From contig OZ025650.1 in assembly GCA_964019335.1 (NCBI GenBank), positions 434,001 to 498,000 of the forward strand: DNA of 64,000 bases. Reading direction: 5' to 3'. Under the pieces are notes generated by a model. It ran no database searches, had not been told where the DNA came from, and was given only the letters and a program-made list of their open reading frames with translations. This document shows, one piece after another, positions 32,760 through 45,902 of the stretch. The translations under genes were made by a program, and so were the position numbers. Origin of the DNA: Diplonema japonicum. Taxonomy: Eukaryota; Protista; Euglenozoa: Diplonemea. Position 1 is the stretch's first letter; the number at the start of each line of letters is the position of its first letter.

Positions 32760-33476
32760 TGAATTTGAAAGGAAAAAAAAAAGAAAAATGAAAGAAAAAA
32801 AAGAAGAGAAGAAGAAGGGGGATAAACAAATCAAAATTTGTTTCTTTTTTTTTTTTTTTTTCAAGAATTTATTTCTTCCTTTTTTTATTTTTTTTTTGAA
32901 TACCGGATTTTGGGATTATTTTATGTACTAGTTTGCTTCATGCCAGGAGTTCCTTCCAAAAGGCCAAAAATAAAAAAAAAGATAATTTTGTATTTTTTAG
33001 GTGAAAAACCCCAAGTTGCATCCAAAATTCGAAGAAAGGTACATATGAATATATATTTTTTCTCGCAGTAAAAGGTACGTACGAAATACGGTAACCCAAA
33101 TCCGGCAAAAGCAGCATTCATAAAAAAGGAAAAAAAAGGGAAAAAAAAAGAAGAAGGAAAAAAAGAAACAGGGAGAAATGAATGAAGGAAGGAAAAAAAA
33201 AAAGAATCAAAAAAATAAAAGGGGGCGGGAAATAAAAAATGAAGGAAGACCCGTCTTGGAGGAGATAAGGGGGAGTGGATTAAAAGAGGGGGGGGGGGGG
33301 CACGGTTGTAGTGATGAGGGTAGAGAGGGGAGGGCCTTTTGTCCTGTATTCTTTTCCTTTATTATTATTTTTTCTCACGTTTATTTCAAGGAGAGAGAGA
33401 AGAGAGAGAACGGGGGGTATAAAAATCTTTTAAAAAAAAAAACCATCTTTTTCTTGTTACCACCTCACCCCGAGAA

Positions 33477-33514
<38 letters not shown>

Positions 33515-34090
33515 AACACCTTAAGTTTTATATTTTCGTTTACTTCTTCTATATTTTCTTTCCCCACCCTTGATTTTCATTAGCCTGATATAATTCCCTC
33601 TTCTTGTAGGGATGATTGTTTCTATATTTAATTTTTTTTTTTCAATTACGTTTGTTAGATAAATTCGTTCTAATTAGGCGGCTAGAACCTCAGAATTACA
33701 CATAGGATGGCAGGGGTTTTAACTGATTTTCCGCTTTATTTTTTTTTTATATAAAGTATCACCCTAAAGAGAGGCTGAGGGCGAGCCAAAAAAGAACCCC
33801 CCCCTCCCCCATATTTTTGAGTGAAAGGGTATGCAATAGAAAAATAAGGGGGGTAAAGCCATATGAGGAAACAAACTAAGTAAAATATCACGTCACACTT
33901 GAACTACGAGATTAAGAAAAGAAATAAAAGTTTGTTTCTCCGCCCCCCCCCCCCCCCCCCCGGCGAGCCAAAAAAAAAGAACACACAAACTCTGGGAGGA
34001 TAAGACTTGCCGCCCCATCCTAAACAAATATAAAAAAAAAAAAAATTGAATAATACCAAATGCTTGCACTGAGGGCCTGTATACAGTAAT

Positions 34091-34123
<33 letters not shown>

Positions 34124-36737
34124 CTGATGGGAGCAAACAGCAGCACCAACAGCATAAAATTTTTAAATACCGCAAAAACCGATAAAAGTTCGAAACAGAA
34201 ATCAAGCGCTTGCCTAACAAATGGACTAGTGTTCACGACAGTCCGAGCCTTTCGGTAAGCACCGCTTTATCTGGCCAGAACGAAGCCACAGGCAGTTGAT
34301 ATGGAAAAAATATTGGAAAAAAAAAAAAGAAAAAAAAAAGTATGAAAAGCGTACAAACTATTATCGGTATTACAGCAACAAATAAACAAAATAAACAAAA
34401 AAAAACAATATTTTCAAGCGATTTCACATCCCTTCCGGAATATTTCTTTCTTCCCTCTTTTTTTTTTTTTTTTTTTTTCTTTCGCGAAGCGCAGGTTCGC
34501 CCCACTATTTAAATAAATAAATAACTAAATTAAAAAAAAAACTTTTTTTTTACTACTTTTTTTTAACGGCCAAATTATGATGGGAATAATAGCCATCCAC
34601 CAATAAAAAAAAAATTAGAAGGATGTCATATCAAATATCTTGTGGGAAGGGATTCTAAAAGAAAAAACAAGGGGGGGGGCAACAAGTAAAAATGAGTGTA
34701 CTACTAGTCTGCTCTTGTGTGCTCTTCTTGAAAGAAGAAGGTGGAAAAAAAAGGGGGGGGGGAAGCAAGAAAAAAAAAGAAGAAAGAAACCCCCGAAAAA
34801 AAAAATCTCAAGTAGGTATTATTCTAACCTATTCTCAAGTTTTTTTTTTCCCGCATGAATTTTTTTCTGTTAAAAAAAGCTTAAGATAGAGAAGAAGGGG
34901 GGGGGGGGGGTAGAACAAAAAAAATCAAGGGGAAAAAAAAAAGGAGAGAGGGCACACTCCCCTTTTTTTTTAACACCTCTTCTTCATTTCAGTCCCTCTG
35001 ATGGGTGGGTTCTTTTACTCAGGGCGTATACGCTTGGCAAACAGGAGTGGAAGAAAACAGAAAAATAAAGGGAGGGCTTCCCCCCCTCCTTTCCCTGTTT
35101 TTATTTGCTCCCGTTTTTATTTGCTGTTTCTTTTTTAGAGGGGGGGGAAACAACCGAAAGCGCCCGTCGGCGTGTGAGTTGGGGGGGGGGGGGGGGTAAA
35201 CAAAGAAAAATATAAAGAGAAAACCAATAGTTTTCAAAGACCCCCACCCCCACATCCCCCCTTTTTTTTTACTTCTGCTTTTTTTTTTTCTTCTTTTTCT
35301 TCTCCTTCGTCTTTGGATTATTTCCCTCTCTTTGATCAACTTTATCTTTGTTTTACTCTGGGAAGAGGGAAAAAAAAAAAAAAAAACGAAAGATTAAAAA
35401 AAAAAAATACAGGAGCAAATGACAGGTGGGTCATAAACGAGAGGGGATTGGGGAACCCTTTTTTTTTTCTCGATTCAGTGGATATGGCACCTCTAATTTA
35501 AAAAAAGAACGGGGGGCCAAGGAAAGAAAAGAGAAAAAAAGAGAGCAAAAAGGAGAGAAAAAAAAAAAAAAAAAAAGGTATTTAGCATGAGAACAGGAAG
35601 AACAACCCCTTGCGCCTCTCTGCTACTATATGGTGACAGCACAGCAGCAAAGATTTGCCTAAGAGAAAACCCAACCGTAAGTCCAAGCTTAAGAAGAGGA
35701 AGGAATGGTTATGTCGAAGAAGAGAGGGAAAAAAAAAGTTCTTTTAAAGGGGAGAATGACAGGAGAAGTAGAAATTCACCTTTGTTCTGTTTTTTTTCTT
35801 TTTTTTTTTTTCCTTCCCCCCTCACTTTCTTTTTTTTTGTCAGCCGCACAAAAGTGATTCCACACAGCAAAAATGTACACAACATGTCTCCCCCCCACAA
35901 GTGTTTAGCTTATCAGCAAACTACTGCTTTTTTTTTTTTTTTTTTTTTTTTTTTTTCCCTCCTTATTCCTTTCCTCTTGCGATAGCAACTAATTGAACTC
36001 AAAAAATTGCAAAAAAAAAAGGGGGGGAAGTATTAAAAAAAGTTTAAGTCTGTCTTCTTTTAGGAGGTGCCCCATATGACTACTGGATGAAGCTAGGCTC
36101 ACTCTCCCCCCCCCCTTTTTTTTCTTGTATTCAAAGAAGATTCTAAAACAAAAAAAAAAGACATGAAGAACAAAACACCCACGGCTAAGGAGAAGGATTC
36201 CTGAGTGCGGTTTCTTTTTTTTTTTTTTTTTTTTTTTCCCTTTCTTCTTTATGAAAACGAGTATTTATAAAAAAAAAAACTTTTTTTTTCAAAGGAAAAA
36301 ATTACTTGCTTTCCATCATTCTGGTGCTGCAAGTGCCCCGTCACCGAAGGCGGGACTTTTTTTTCTTTTTTTTTTACCTCTGTGTATAAGGCCAGAGAGA
36401 TTTTTCTTTTTTTTTTCTCTCAAAAAAAGCTTTTTTTTTAACTTCCTCTAAATGCATTTACTGGACCGAAGGATATAACAAAAAAAAAAAAGGTCCTGGC
36501 AAATAATAATAAAGGAGGAAAAGTGTGCATTTAGCGAAGGCCATTGTGCCCCGCTGAGTAAACAGTGAGGCTTGGTAAATCAGCATTCAAAAAAAAAACA
36601 AAAAAACGGAGAAGGGCAGTTTTGTCTTTTATCACCCTTTTTCTCCCTGGGGGGGGGGGGGGGGGGGGGAGCAGAATGAAGAGAGAAACATGAAGAGTTT
36701 ACGAATTTTGTTTGGTGGGGGGTACAATTTTTTTTTC

Positions 36738-36784
<47 letters not shown>

Positions 36785-38996
36785 ATTTATACTTTTTCGG
36801 TCACCCACAGTGCCGCTGTGCTGCGCGAGCACTGTAGTGAAAAAAGTATTTTTTTCCCTCAAAAATGAAAAGAAAAAAAAAAGTACGGGGAACAAACAAA
36901 AAAAAAAAAAAACATCGGGTTATACAGTGGGAGGTCGTTTTTTTTTTTTCTTTTTTTTTTTTGACCCCTCCCTATTTTCTTCAGTTCATTTTTTTTTTTT
37001 TTTTTTTGCCCTCGATACTTCTTTATGAAAAAAAGTAGTCAACGACAAAGGAGAAAAAAAAGGGGGGAAGAAAAGAAGAAAAAAAACCATAGAATTGACA
37101 AAGAAATAATTTAAGGGAGGAAAGGGGGGGGGGGGGAACTCAGGCACACCAATAACGCAAGAATAAACAAAAAGGGAAAGGGAGATAAAAAAAAGGGGGG
37201 GGATATCCCTGTTTAAATTATTTCCTTATGAATTCTATGAAAAATCTTTTTGAAAAAAAAAAAAACGAACAAAAAAAATGTAACAAAATATGTATCATGT
37301 AAAAAAAAAGCAGACAAGAATTTAAACAGGAAAAGAAGGCACAATTTTTTTTGGGGGGGGGAACATCAATAACCGTTGTGGGAGGAAAGGGAAAAGAAAA
37401 AGTGGGGGTGGGATAATAAGCAAAATAACAGAGGGGTGGGTGGGGGGTATGGCAAAGTTTTTTTTTTTACTCACACATTCTTTCTGTTCCCCCTGCTTGT
37501 TTTTTTTTTTGTTTTTTCTTGTTTTTGTGTTGTTGGATAAATAGTGTTTTTTTTTTTTTTTGAAACACACAACTCTCATTTTTTCCCCTTCCCTTTCTTC
37601 ATTTCCCCCCCCTGTTTCTCGTCATCAGTTTTATGTCTATTTTTGCGATTTTTTTTTTCACTTCTCATTTCTTTGAAAAAAACAATAACTGAGGGAAAGA
37701 GAACAGGGGGGAGGGAGAGGGAGGGAGGGAGAGGAGAGAGAGACGAACAAAAATGAGATACTTAGGAAAAAAAAAGGATTTAATAATCACATTAGAAAAA
37801 AGAAAAAGAAGAAAGTCAAACATTTTTTTTTGTTTTTTTTTAGCTATGCCACTCCGCGTTTACCGCACCTTTCTTTTATATATCTCAATTCTGTTTTTTT
37901 TTTTTTTTTTCTTATTTTTTTTTTGATTCTCTCCCTCCCTTTTAAAAAATAGTAAGGGGGGGAAAAACATAGGAAAAAAGAAAAAGAAAAAGAAAAAAAA
38001 GAAAGAAAACAAATGGGAAACAAAAAAAGCTTTTTTTCTTTTTTTTAACGCCCTTCGGTTCCTCCTTCCTCGTCCCTTTAGGTCAAAACGGGGTGGGTGG
38101 AAAAAAAAAAAAAAAACGAGGGAAGAGAAGGAGAAAAAAAGAGGGGGTAAAAAAAAGGGGAGTGTTTGGGAAACAAAAGTATTGAAAAAAAAAGAAGCAA
38201 AAAAAAAAAAAAAAAAAAAAAGGAGCAGACCCAGAATAAAAAAAAAAAAAAAAAAAAAAAAGACAAATCTGCCCCTGAGAAAACAAAAAATCGGGAAAAC
38301 AAAAACCTACTAGCTGGCGCGACAACTTACAAAAAACTCTTGTATTTTTTTTCCCCCCCCTTCTTTCTTTCTTTCTTTTTTTTTCCCCGAGAGTTTAGCA
38401 GCCAAGTAATAGGTATCCCTCCCAGGTGTCTTGTTGAAAGGGGGATGGGGTGGTAAAGTCATAAGGGGCCTGGCAAACCCACTTGCACCTATGTTGCTTA
38501 TGGTATTCTTTTTTTTTCCCCTAGCCAAACTTAGCTTTACCACCCTTTTTTTGCGAAGAAGAACACCGGGGAGGGGAAACAAAGGGAAGAAAAAAAATTT
38601 AGTATTAAAATATAAATATCCCCCCCCCCACCCATTTGAGTGTTTTCCTCCCACTCATTAGGTGCCCTCCCTTGAGGAGTGACAATAGCAACCCCCCTAC
38701 TTTTGTCTGTCCTTTATGTGGTATCTTCTTCCCGCAAAAAAAGAACAAAATAACAATAAAATAGTTCGCCTCCTTTAATATCCAGACAGCTTGCTGACAA
38801 AAAAGTTTTTTTTTTCTAATAGTTTCGAATATTTTTTTTCTCTCATTTTTTTTTTAATATTTCTCTTTCTTTTTCCCTCCCTTTTTTATTTTTTATTTTT
38901 TTTATCAGATCCGCAATTGTTTTTTTTTCTTCTTTTTTTTTTCCAAAGCTGGAAGGGCATTGAGCCACTCCTGCTCAAAAAAAAAGGAGGAAAAGG

Positions 38997-39027
<31 letters not shown>

Positions 39028-40100
39028 GAAAAAGAGGGCAAAGGCCGTTTGCGAATGCATTATGAGTACGGTGAATAGTTCCCTTTTTTTTCTCCTCCTC
39101 CCTCTATTTTTTTCTTCTTCTTTTTTTCCTCACCTCCAAACCCTGCACTATGTTCTCTCTTTTCTTCTTCCTCTTCTTCTTCTTTTACCCCCCCCCCCCC
39201 TCTCCCTTCTTCTTCCTCTTCTTCTTGTTCTTCCTTTCTCATTCATTTCTTTCAAAAGGCAAACAGAGGCAGGTCGTGGAATGGAGATGAAAGGAAGGAG
39301 ACAGACTCTACGCTCTATATCCATCTTTTTTCTTCTTTTTTTTTGACTAAAAAACACATTTTGCCACATTTTTTTTTCTTGTTCTTTTGTTGAGTTTCGA
39401 CAAATCGATGACCTGCTTCCACGCGCTTAAAAAGTTAGATGCACACCCTGATGGAGCCCTTCCACAAGAGTCACTTGTCACTTCCCTTCTCCCTGCCCTT
39501 ATCACACGTTGGTCTGAGCAAAATAAAAAATAAAATTAAAAAGAAAGTGAAGGAACATAACAGAGAAAAAATGGATATTTCCCCCCCCCCTACCACTGAA
39601 CCTTTGTCCCAAAAACCTACACCCCCCCACCACCCCCCCACCCCCCCGGTTCCAGCACCCCCCCCCCCCCCCCAAAGGCACTCATCCTTAGACAGAGCAT
39701 GAGAACCCGAAAACAGAAAACCCCCCCATTCTTCTTAAGAAACGAAAACATTAACATGCGGGGGGTTTAGTGGGGGCATTAAATTCCTTCCCCCCCCCCC
39801 CCCCCGGGATCTAAAGAAGAAGAAGAATTAGAAGAAGAAGAAGAAGAAGGGGGAAAGGGAGATAAAAAAACGGAGAGAATGGTACACTGGGCCTAATTTA
39901 TTTGGCAAACTTTTTTATTTTTTTTGTACATGTCTATTCTCATTTTTTTTTCTCGCTTCCAAAATATATTATTCTGTCAAAGAAAAAAAGGGAAAAAAGG
40001 GTAAAAAAAAAAAAAAAGAGGGAAAAAAAAGAAGAAAACGGGATTGGGACAGAGGGCGAAAAGTATTGAAGGGGCGGGTGGGAACACGTCAGGTACGCCA
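32760..40100 (-). other. About 7.3 kb of homopolymer-rich non-coding DNA, probably an extended 3' UTR/intergenic region of the CCCH gene
   Basis: Only poly-K/F/G/P artefact ORFs; dense A, T, G and C runs. Confidence 0.6.
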
Positions 40101-40145
40101 AGGCGTTACACGCACGAATCGACGCTAAGTCTTTTTGTTGCCTTT

Positions 40146-41207
40146 TTACAAGTTCTCAATGGTGGGTCCTGACTGACCTGCGGGGGGGACGGGGGCAACG
40201 GGAAGGACGGTTGTTTCAGAGGCTTCCTGCTCGGTCCTGGCATCATCGGAGGGAACTCCGTCTTCTGTGGAGTCAGCGTCATCTTTCTGGAGGGCATCGA
40301 CCTCAGGGCGGGCATGGAGCGGCACACGCTGCAGGATGCCGTCTCCGAAGGACTGCACTCGCTCGTTGAGGGACTGCTTGGACCTGTACACATGCAGCTT
40401 GGGGCACTTCTCATTCTTGTTGCACCGTCCAGTGTCGAAGTGAGGGCACCGTCTCGCCGACTGCAGCATGACACGCCACTGCGATTGGCACGTTCTGCAC
40501 CGCAGCGTGACAGCACCCTTCCTCGCTCGGACGTTGTCCCAGTTGTTGTGGCTGCACGGCTTCGGTGTTGGTGTGATGGGCACATTCTTGGTTTCCTTCT
40601 TCTCCTGCGGCTGCTGCGACTGGCGCTTCAGCTTCGCGTCGCACGACGATGACGACGATGTGACGCCGCCTACCTCCTTTGAGGAGTTGCTGCTGCAGTA
40701 GTCCTTCTTCCCCATCACCGGGCACTCCTCGTTCAGCTTCAGCACATCGCAACGCAGTTCCTCCACAATAGAGAACGCCTGCTGCAGTCCACCCTGCAGA
40801 AGCGACGACTTCAACCGGTCAATGTGCTTCAGCAGCTTGAACACATTTGTCCCTGTCGCGCCCATCGGCTCCTGCTGTGTTGCTGGAACAGGCGTCTTCG
40901 TGAGTGCAGGGTACGGGTGGTGCGCGATCACGGTAGTCTGCCCAGCAGGGTGCAGCATGGTGCCGCCGATAACAGTGCCAGTCGCACTCTGCGCGTTGTT
41001 GTAGTACATGTCCTGGTAGGGTGCAGGGTGTGCCGTGGGTAGCGCCATGGTACTGGGGTTCTGCCCCACCAACATGTTGTACCCAGGGGAGTGACTCCCG
41101 TCGCCTTTCCCACCGCTCTGCGCCTGACTCCTTTCATATTGGTTGGCGGGCGATGCGGGGAACGCCGGCTCATCTCCGTACTGGAACCAGTCAGGCAAAC
41201 CTTCCAT
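40146..41207 (-). CDS. CCCH zinc-finger RNA-binding protein with an upstream CxH..WDNVR..LRCRxC zinc-ribbon-like motif
   Basis: C-x7-C-x5-C-x3-H (CPHFDTGRCNKNEKCPKLH) and CSHNNWDNVRARKGAVTLRCRTCQSQW. Confidence 0.8.
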   Translation of the reverse strand: MEGLPDWFQYGDEPAFPASPANQYERSQAQSGGKGDGSHSPGYNMLVGQNPSTMALPTAHPAPYQDMYYNNAQSATGTVIGGTMLHPAGQTTVIAHHPYPALTKTPVPATQQEPMGATGTNVFKLLKHIDRLKSSLLQGGLQQAFSIVEELRCDVLKLNEECPVMGKKDYCSSNSSKEVGGVTSSSSSCDAKLKRQSQQPQEKKETKNVPITPTPKPCSHNNWDNVRARKGAVTLRCRTCQSQWRVMLQSARRCPHFDTGRCNKNEKCPKLHVYRSKQSLNERVQSFGDGILQRVPLHARPEVDALQKDDADSTEDGVPSDDARTEQEASETTVLPVAPVPPAGQSGPTIENL

Positions 41208-41529
41208 TTTCTTTGTGTTGCTTTGTGTTTACACTGAGGGTGAGGGTGAGGGTGAGCATGGGCATGAGGGCAGCGAGAACATGGAACACTGAAACAACCA
41301 ACAGAAACTTGCTGACTTAATTACATCACTAGACGATCACTGGAAAGATGATCATAAAACAACCCCGTCAACTGTGTGCAGGTCCAGAGAGTGCAGCAAG
41401 CGGACCTGCTTGACCTGTGGGAGTTCTTGTTTGTTGTTTACACACCAACTTTAGCTTTTGTTGCAAAAGAATCTCGAGGCTAGCCAGTGCAGGACTTTTA
41501 AGGTGTTGGATCTGTGTGGATGAAATAAA

Positions 41530-42621
41530 TCAATTGGAGCACACCTCACTGTCAGAAGGAATTCCCCTGCTTCTGGTGAGGTCCTCGTGAACATCGACAG
41601 CGTCTGCTGGTGCCTGTGTCTGGGGTGTCGCGGGGCGTGTTCTGGGGTTTGTCTGCAGGGTCTCTGCGGCAGAATACAGTGATGACGATGGCGACACGGA
41701 TCCAGAACGAGGCGACGCGGCACGTGATGCGCAAAAAGGAGCCAACGAGGGCGGGGTGAGAGAGGACGAGGCCTGCCTGAATTCGTGCCTCTCAGGCAGC
41801 GCAGGTGCCTCAGAAGCCTCGTTGTTCCTCCTTTCAAAATCTTGCTCTTGAAAAGTCTTCCGCTGCATCTTCTGCTTCTTGATCACATCCTCTCTTTCTT
41901 TCTTAAGCAGCTCAAGCACGCGCTGTTCACGCTCCCTCCTCTCCTCCTTTTGCCCTTCCTCTTCTTTTACCTTCGAAGCTTGAAGCTGCTGTTCAAGCAC
42001 TTCCCGTGCTGTGCGGTGTGCCCGCAGTCTAGATCGCTCCTTTTCGATGACTTGTTCCTCCGTCTCCTCTGTGTGGCTTGGCGATGATTGGCAGTACATC
42101 GACCTCCACCGCTGCTGATGCATCTGCCACAAGGATTCAACCTGCTTCTGGAGGAGCGTCTGCCTCTGGGTTCTGTAATAAGGTTTCGGGGCAGCTTGAG
42201 ACCGTTCTTGGTGCTGCTGTGCTTTCCGTTTGACCTCTGCGTCCCTCCGTATCATCTCTGATATTTCTTCATGATCCTCAGGCCGCATGCCGTACCCCGA
42301 CACGTTGTACCGCACACCGTTCCCATCCCTTGCTGTTGCGGGCCTCTGCGGCGCCGCCGCCCCGTACTTCTGCTTGTGCTGTCCCCGTCGTTGTGGTGCA
42401 GATGGCGGCCTCACTTCCTTCCCCAGCCCTCTGTTGTACTCTGCTCGTTTCATGCTGTCACTCAGCACTTGGTATGCCTGCGTTACTTCTTTAAACAACG
42501 GTTCGCCATCAGGGTTCTTATCCGGGTGTAGGGCGAGGGCGCGCTCCTTGAAAGCCTTCCTAACATCGTTGAGAGTGGCGTGCTTCCCGACCCCCAACAG
42601 CGTGTAATAGTCCTGCGTCAT
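41530..42621 (-). CDS. DnaJ (J-domain) protein with coiled-coil C-terminus
   Basis: MTQDYYTLLGV...RKAFKERALALHPDKNP...FKEVTQAYQVLSD. Confidence 0.88.
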   Translation of the reverse strand: MTQDYYTLLGVGKHATLNDVRKAFKERALALHPDKNPDGEPLFKEVTQAYQVLSDSMKRAEYNRGLGKEVRPPSAPQRRGQHKQKYGAAAPQRPATARDGNGVRYNVSGYGMRPEDHEEISEMIRRDAEVKRKAQQHQERSQAAPKPYYRTQRQTLLQKQVESLWQMHQQRWRSMYCQSSPSHTEETEEQVIEKERSRLRAHRTAREVLEQQLQASKVKEEEGQKEERREREQRVLELLKKEREDVIKKQKMQRKTFQEQDFERRNNEASEAPALPERHEFRQASSSLTPPSLAPFCASRAASPRSGSVSPSSSLYSAAETLQTNPRTRPATPQTQAPADAVDVHEDLTRSRGIPSDSEVCSN

Positions 42622-42716
42622 CAACCATAAGCACCTGGAGGAGGCTAGCAACCATCTCACGCGAAAATGAAAATGATAAAATCTGTACAAAAAGACAATC
42701 TAGGAGCTGATGTACA

Positions 42717-43316
42717 TTAAGGGGAGGTAGATGTGGAGGTGTACAAAGTGGAGCTGCTCGATGCACTGCGCGATGAAGGAGGGGATGAAGCAAGTTGCGA
42801 TTTTAGAACGGAGAGCTCAGTACGAGTGGCTTTAAGGAGGAGAGAACGTTGAAGCAGCAGGTTGTGGGCATCTTGAGTGGTGGCCTCATCTTTTAGATGG
42901 GCTTTGAATAGAGAATCCTTCAGAAGCGTTATCTCATCTGGTGCAGAGAGAGCATCCTCAATGCAAGGGAAGAAACGGGGATCATCAAGGATGAACTGCA
43001 CACCGCCAAGCATGTCTAGTTCGATGCCGGAGCTTAAGCAAGGTGCTATCCATACCTCGCTCTTGCCTACTTTTCTCATCTGGCCGTTTCTGATGAACAA
43101 CACAGCAAGGCACTCATTCTCTTCTTTAAACAAACACAGCATCGGTCCTATTAGCACACAATGCCTATTTTTTACATTCTTCCCAAAAAATGTGTTATAC
43201 AAGACACCCAACCTACTCCTTTTTATTGACCCTACTCCAGAATGACTGCCTACCAACGAGGCCACACTGCCCCCACACGAAGCATCTCTGAAGAGCTGCA
43301 CCTCCTCATGGTTCAT
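42717..43316 (-). CDS. Hypothetical protein, possibly PH-like domain plus short coiled coil
   Basis: 199-aa ORF on the cluster strand; GVLY...KNRHCVLIGPMLCLFK weakly resembles the first PH strands. Confidence 0.5.
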   Translation of the reverse strand: MNHEEVQLFRDASCGGSVASLVGSHSGVGSIKRSRLGVLYNTFFGKNVKNRHCVLIGPMLCLFKEENECLAVLFIRNGQMRKVGKSEVWIAPCLSSGIELDMLGGVQFILDDPRFFPCIEDALSAPDEITLLKDSLFKAHLKDEATTQDAHNLLLQRSLLLKATRTELSVLKSQLASSPPSSRSASSSSTLYTSTSTSP

Positions 43317-43841
43317 CTAGGTGGGCTGGTTATTGCAAAGACCAAGCTACAGAATATGAAATAAAAAGAAAAGAATACCAAATGGGGGATCAAATGCATC
43401 AATATAAAAAAAAAAAGAAAATGGGTGGATATGATTCAAATGAAAAAAAGAAGAAGAAGGGTTGGGGAATAAAAATAAACGTGTTTCCCGTACAGTACAC
43501 AGGGGCAGCAGCAAGAAGCTTTACTATTAAGAAACCAAAGGTAACGTCTTAGATAATAGACAGGGGATGCAGGGTTAATAAGAGGTTGTGGCAAGAAATT
43601 GGGGGTATCTTGGGTGGTTTCTACTTCTTCTTGCGAAGTTTGCAACGGCAAAGCTAGCCTTCTCTCGGCATCAAGCGCACAACCACCACCTTCCCTTCAC
43701 GTTAAAGGGCACCAACAGGGTTAGTGACAGTGTCCTTGTAGCGGTGGGTCTTGCTAGAGAATAGGAGAAAAGGGGTTCTCGTCGTTGCTCATAAAAAGAT
43801 AAATAAAAGGGGTTTTGAAAAAAATAAAATAAAAGGATACG

Positions 43842-43875
<34 letters not shown>

Positions 43876-43902
43876 AAGAGAAACAATCAAAGGTCCTACT
43901 TC

Positions 43903-45384
43903 CTACTTCTTCTTGGCGATGACCTTCTCGGTGGTCTTGGTGACCTTGCCAAGCATGACGACACCGTTGCCCTCCATGATGGCGACACGGGAGAGACCCT
44001 CGCAGTTCTTGAAGGTGTCGACGACAAGGGGCTGCTGGGGGGCGAAGACGACCTCAGCCATCTCGTTGGCCTTCAGGCAGTGGGGCTCCTCAGCCTTCTT
44101 ACCGCCGGTCTCCTTACCCATCTTCCACACCAGCTGGGTCATCCTCACGGCGGACCTACCGGTCCTCACGAAGCACACGGGGGTGTACCCGACCTTGAGC
44201 TCACCGGGGTGGTCCAGGATCTGCACCTGCGCGTTGAAGGTACCGGCCTCCTTCAGGGAGGCGTCCTTCTTGTAGATCATCACGTCACCGGTCCTGGGCA
44301 TGTTGTCCTTGTTGAGACCCTTCACGTTCAACCCAACGTTGTCACCAGCCTTGGCGTCCTCGCACCTCTTGTGGTGCATCTCGCAGGTGAAGACCTTACC
44401 CACGCACGCGTTGGCGGCGGTGTGGGTGGGGAGGAAGAGCACTTCCTCACCGGGCTTCACGATACCCTGCTCCACACGACCGGTAATAACATCACCGACA
44501 CCCTTGATCTGTATTTATTTGTGTGTGCGTGCGTGTGCGTGTGTTGTTTATTTTATTTCTATTTTGTTGTTTCATACCTTGTACACACCCGAGACGGGCA
44601 TCCTCATGGGAGCGTCGTTCTTCCTCTCAGGCATCCTCACCATCTTGTCAAGAGCGTCAACAAGGGTGTCGATGTGGAGCTTCTCGTCAGCACCGACAAG
44701 AACATCCTGACCCTTCCACCAGTCCATCTTGGTGGACTTCTTCAGAAGGTTGTCACCGATCCAACCCGAGATGGGGAGGACGGGGACGTTCTTCTCAACG
44801 AAGTCCTTCTTCCAACCGGTCTTCACCAACATGCTCTTCATCTCCTCCTTGATCTCGTTGTACCTCTCCTCCTTGTACTGGGCGACGTCGCAGTCCATCT
44901 TGTTGATACCAACGATGAGCTGCTTCACACCGAGAAGGTTGATGAGACGGGCGTGCTGCCTGGTCTGCCCCTGGATCTCACCAGCCTTGTGGTTACCCCT
45001 CGCGATGGCGGACACGAAGTTACCGTCAGCGGGGATCATCAGAAGGGCCACGTCGGCCTGCGAGGCTCCGGTGATCATGTTCTTGATGAAATCCCTGTGC
45101 CCGGGGGCGTCGATCACGGTGTAGTGCCACTTCTCCGTGAAGAACTCCTTGGTGGTGCAGGCGATCGTCACACCACGCTCACGCTCCTCCTTCTGCCTGT
45201 CCATGTAGAAGGCGAAGGCGAAGGACTGCTTACCGAGACGCTCAGCCTCAGCCTTCAACTTCTCCATCTCACGCTCGGGGATTCCACCAAGCTCGAAGAG
45301 GAGACGCCCGGTGGTCGTCGACTTCCCGGAGTCGACGTGACCGCAGATCACGATCGACAAATGCTGCTTACCGTCGGTGGCCAT
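43903..45384 (-). CDS. EFL: EFL copy 2; intron 44509-44577
   Basis: Protein and intron match copy 1. Shares the 3' flank (from about 43668) but not the 5' microsatellite or snoRNA cluster. Confidence 0.96.
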
Positions 45385-45902
45385 AATTTATGAGTTGATA
45401 GCTGTCGGGGGGTGGGAAGTAAGTGGCGTTTGCAGAAAGATATGACAAACAAGTATAGAATAACATAGATTACGCGGAAATATTTCATTGAGTCACAATT
45501 TACAGGCGAGTGACATGATGTGGCACTCATGACATATTTTAATTAAGTAACTTTTTTTTCTTGAGCTTTCTAGGTCGTTCGCTCTGTTGAGGGGTTCTGA
45601 TGCTCGCGAGATGCTTGCATTCCGACCTTGTAAAAAGTTAAAACCATATTCTTAGCGTTCGAGTGGACGACAAATGAAATATTTCATGTAACCTATGAAC
45701 TTAAGAAGCATATTAACATACATGTCGACCGCAACTGTCCAGAAAGCTAGGGTGAGTACACAAGGGTGTTGTCTATTGGCACTGCTCCTGGGAGCAAGTA
45801 CAATAGTAAAATGAAGAAGGAGAAAAAGGGGGTCTTGTAAAATAGACAAATAAAAGTGATTCAAGAAAAAAAAAGGGGAGTTAACGCAGAATCTATTTAT
45901 AA

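Noticed and set aside
32760-40100. Numerous poly-K/poly-F ORFs
   Set aside because: Homopolymer artefacts.
41235-41256. TGAGGG telomere-like repeats
   Set aside because: Only about three units and not TTAGGG; likely a simple repeat in a 5' flank.
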